DNA from: an uncultured bacterium
GTDB taxonomy: Bacteria > Ratteibacteria > UBA8468 > B48-G9 > JAFGKM01
Length of the DNA stretch: 54,794 nt
Direction of reading: 5' to 3'
Assembly: GCA_964408175.1 (NCBI GenBank)
Contig: CAYOYL010000057.1
Coordinates: forward strand, 1-54,794
The position numbers and the translations under genes are program-made. Numbering within the stretch: the first letter of the stretch is position 1; the number at the start of each line of letters is the position of its first letter. The notes under the pieces were generated by a model, which did not search any database, had not been told where the DNA came from, and saw only the letters and a program-made list of their open reading frames with translations. Shown here piece by piece: positions 53,635 through 54,794 of this stretch.

Positions 53635-54720
53635 ATGGATGAGACAAAAAAATTCTGGCTCTGTTCCAATCTTGTCGGAATTGGACCTGTCCGTCTGAAA
53701 AAACTCCTTGAATCCTTTGGCAGTCTTGAAAAAGCATTCAGTTCCTCCTACTCCGAACTGCTGAATGCTGACATTCCAAAAAACATCGCAATAAAAATGA
53801 AGGAGTGGGAATCACTGCCGTGGGAAAAAGAGATGGACTTCTGTAAACACAGCGGTATATCCATTGTCACCCTGCAGGATAAGGAATATCCTGCACTCCT
53901 AAAACAGGTATTTGACCCGCCAATACTTCTCTATGTAAAAGGCATCCTGCCTGTTAAAGGCAGCATTATGTTTGCCATAGTGGGAACCCGCAATCCTTCA
54001 ACCTACGGGCTGAGGATGGCAGAAAAATTTGCAGAAGAACTCTCATACTACGGGATTGTCATCGTAAGCGGTATGGCAAGAGGTATTGACACCGCGGCGC
54101 ACAAAGGGGCACTGAAGGCAGGAGGAACAACAGTGGCAGTGATAGGCTCAGGTTTTAAATACTGCTATCCCCGCGAAAACACATCCCTCGCAAAAGATAT
54201 CGCAAAGACAGGTGCAGTAATAACCGAATTTCCATCAGACATCCCTCCAGAACCGCAAAATTTTCCAAGAAGAAACAGGATTGTCTCCGGGCTGTCAAGG
54301 GGCGTTCTGGTCGTTGAGGCAGGACAAAAAAGCGGGGCACTGATAACAGCACACCTTGCCGCTGACCAGGGACGCGAGGTATTCGCCCTGCCCGGAAGAG
54401 TGGACACCCTCTCCTCAAAAGGCACAAACCAGTTGTTAAAGGAAGGGGCGTCACTTGCAGAAAGCACTGAAGAGGTCATAGATGGACTGAACCTTGAGAT
54501 AAAAAAGCCCGAAAAAAAACCGGAGATACAGCAAGTCTCTCTATCCGGGGAAGAGAGGTCTGTACTTGCCTGCATAAAGGAAAAGGGGACCCCTAACATA
54601 GACCAACTGCTTGCAGATACAGGCATAGAAAGGAATAAACTCTTTCAGGCACTTCTCGCACTCATTGTCAAAAATCTCATAACGGAACTTCCCGGTAAGT
54701 CCTACACAATAAAGGTCTGA
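53635..54720 (+). CDS. dprA: DNA-processing protein DprA (Smf)
   Basis: Rossmann-like core with VSGMARGIDTAAHKGAL and RNRIVSGLS, plus a C-terminal winged-helix-like extension. Confidence 0.9.
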   Translation: MDETKKFWLCSNLVGIGPVRLKKLLESFGSLEKAFSSSYSELLNADIPKNIAIKMKEWESLPWEKEMDFCKHSGISIVTLQDKEYPALLKQVFDPPILLYVKGILPVKGSIMFAIVGTRNPSTYGLRMAEKFAEELSYYGIVIVSGMARGIDTAAHKGALKAGGTTVAVIGSGFKYCYPRENTSLAKDIAKTGAVITEFPSDIPPEPQNFPRRNRIVSGLSRGVLVVEAGQKSGALITAHLAADQGREVFALPGRVDTLSSKGTNQLLKEGASLAESTEEVIDGLNLEIKKPEKKPEIQQVSLSGEERSVLACIKEKGTPNIDQLLADTGIERNKLFQALLALIVKNLITELPGKSYTIKV

Positions 54721-54794
54721 CCTTTATCAGAAATTCTGGTGGTTTTAATGTAAACTTGTCACTGATGATACTTTGTGGTATAATAAGGTGGAGG

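Noticed and set aside
1-54794. A CRISPR array.
   Set aside because: The recurring hairpins are not regularly spaced and not separated by unique spacers of constant length, and no cas genes are present.

Overview
This 54.8 kb window looks like a chromosomal segment of a diderm bacterium that uses sigma-54. It is AT-leaning, has Shine-Dalgarno-type RBSs, and many genes overlap by 4-60 nt. I cannot place it taxonomically from sequence alone. All protein calls rest on motifs read in the supplied translations; no database search was possible.

Layout, left to right:
1. A ~460 bp hairpin/repeat-rich non-coding stretch (1-465).
2. A cluster of signal-peptide-less glycan-type enzymes: a GH33-like sialidase, an orphan lipoamide dehydrogenase, a 463 aa unknown protein, a beta-helix (pectate-lyase-fold) protein, a PHP-type metallohydrolase and a class V aminotransferase.
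3. tig-clpP-lon on the minus strand. There is no clpX, and the trigger factor lacks its PPIase domain.
4. A tRNA-Tyr/tRNA-Gly pair. Each tRNA is followed by a short non-coding insert bracketed by a duplicated tRNA 3' end.
5. tsaE, a URO-D-family protein with a K/P/A-rich tail, and a ROK glucokinase.
6. Three large secreted proteins of unknown function (17.3-24.4 kb).
7. fmt, a membrane-anchored PHP protein, and lysC.
8. A ~19 kb unbroken minus-strand gene string (47228 down to 28226): B12-type radical SAM, KS (ketosynthase), membrane histidine kinase, REC-pseudokinase, NtrC-type activator, REC-GAF-HD-GYP, mreBCD, mrdA, rodA, and a second radical SAM.
9. A divergent FadL-type porin plus REC-kinase operon behind a consensus sigma-54 promoter, with rpoN immediately beyond it.
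10. nth, a LysM-M23 lipoprotein, a dGTPase-like protein, and dprA.

One intact IS element (2261 bp, 19 bp inverted repeats, 8 bp target duplication) has clipped the 3' end of the B12 radical SAM gene and separated it from the KS gene.

The most interesting candidate system is the radical-SAM/KS + FadL + multi-kinase + HD-GYP + sigma-54 module, which is physically fused to the cell-shape operon. Second is the pattern of small inserts at tRNA 3' ends. Third is the trio of secreted proteins, two of which share the same motif order.
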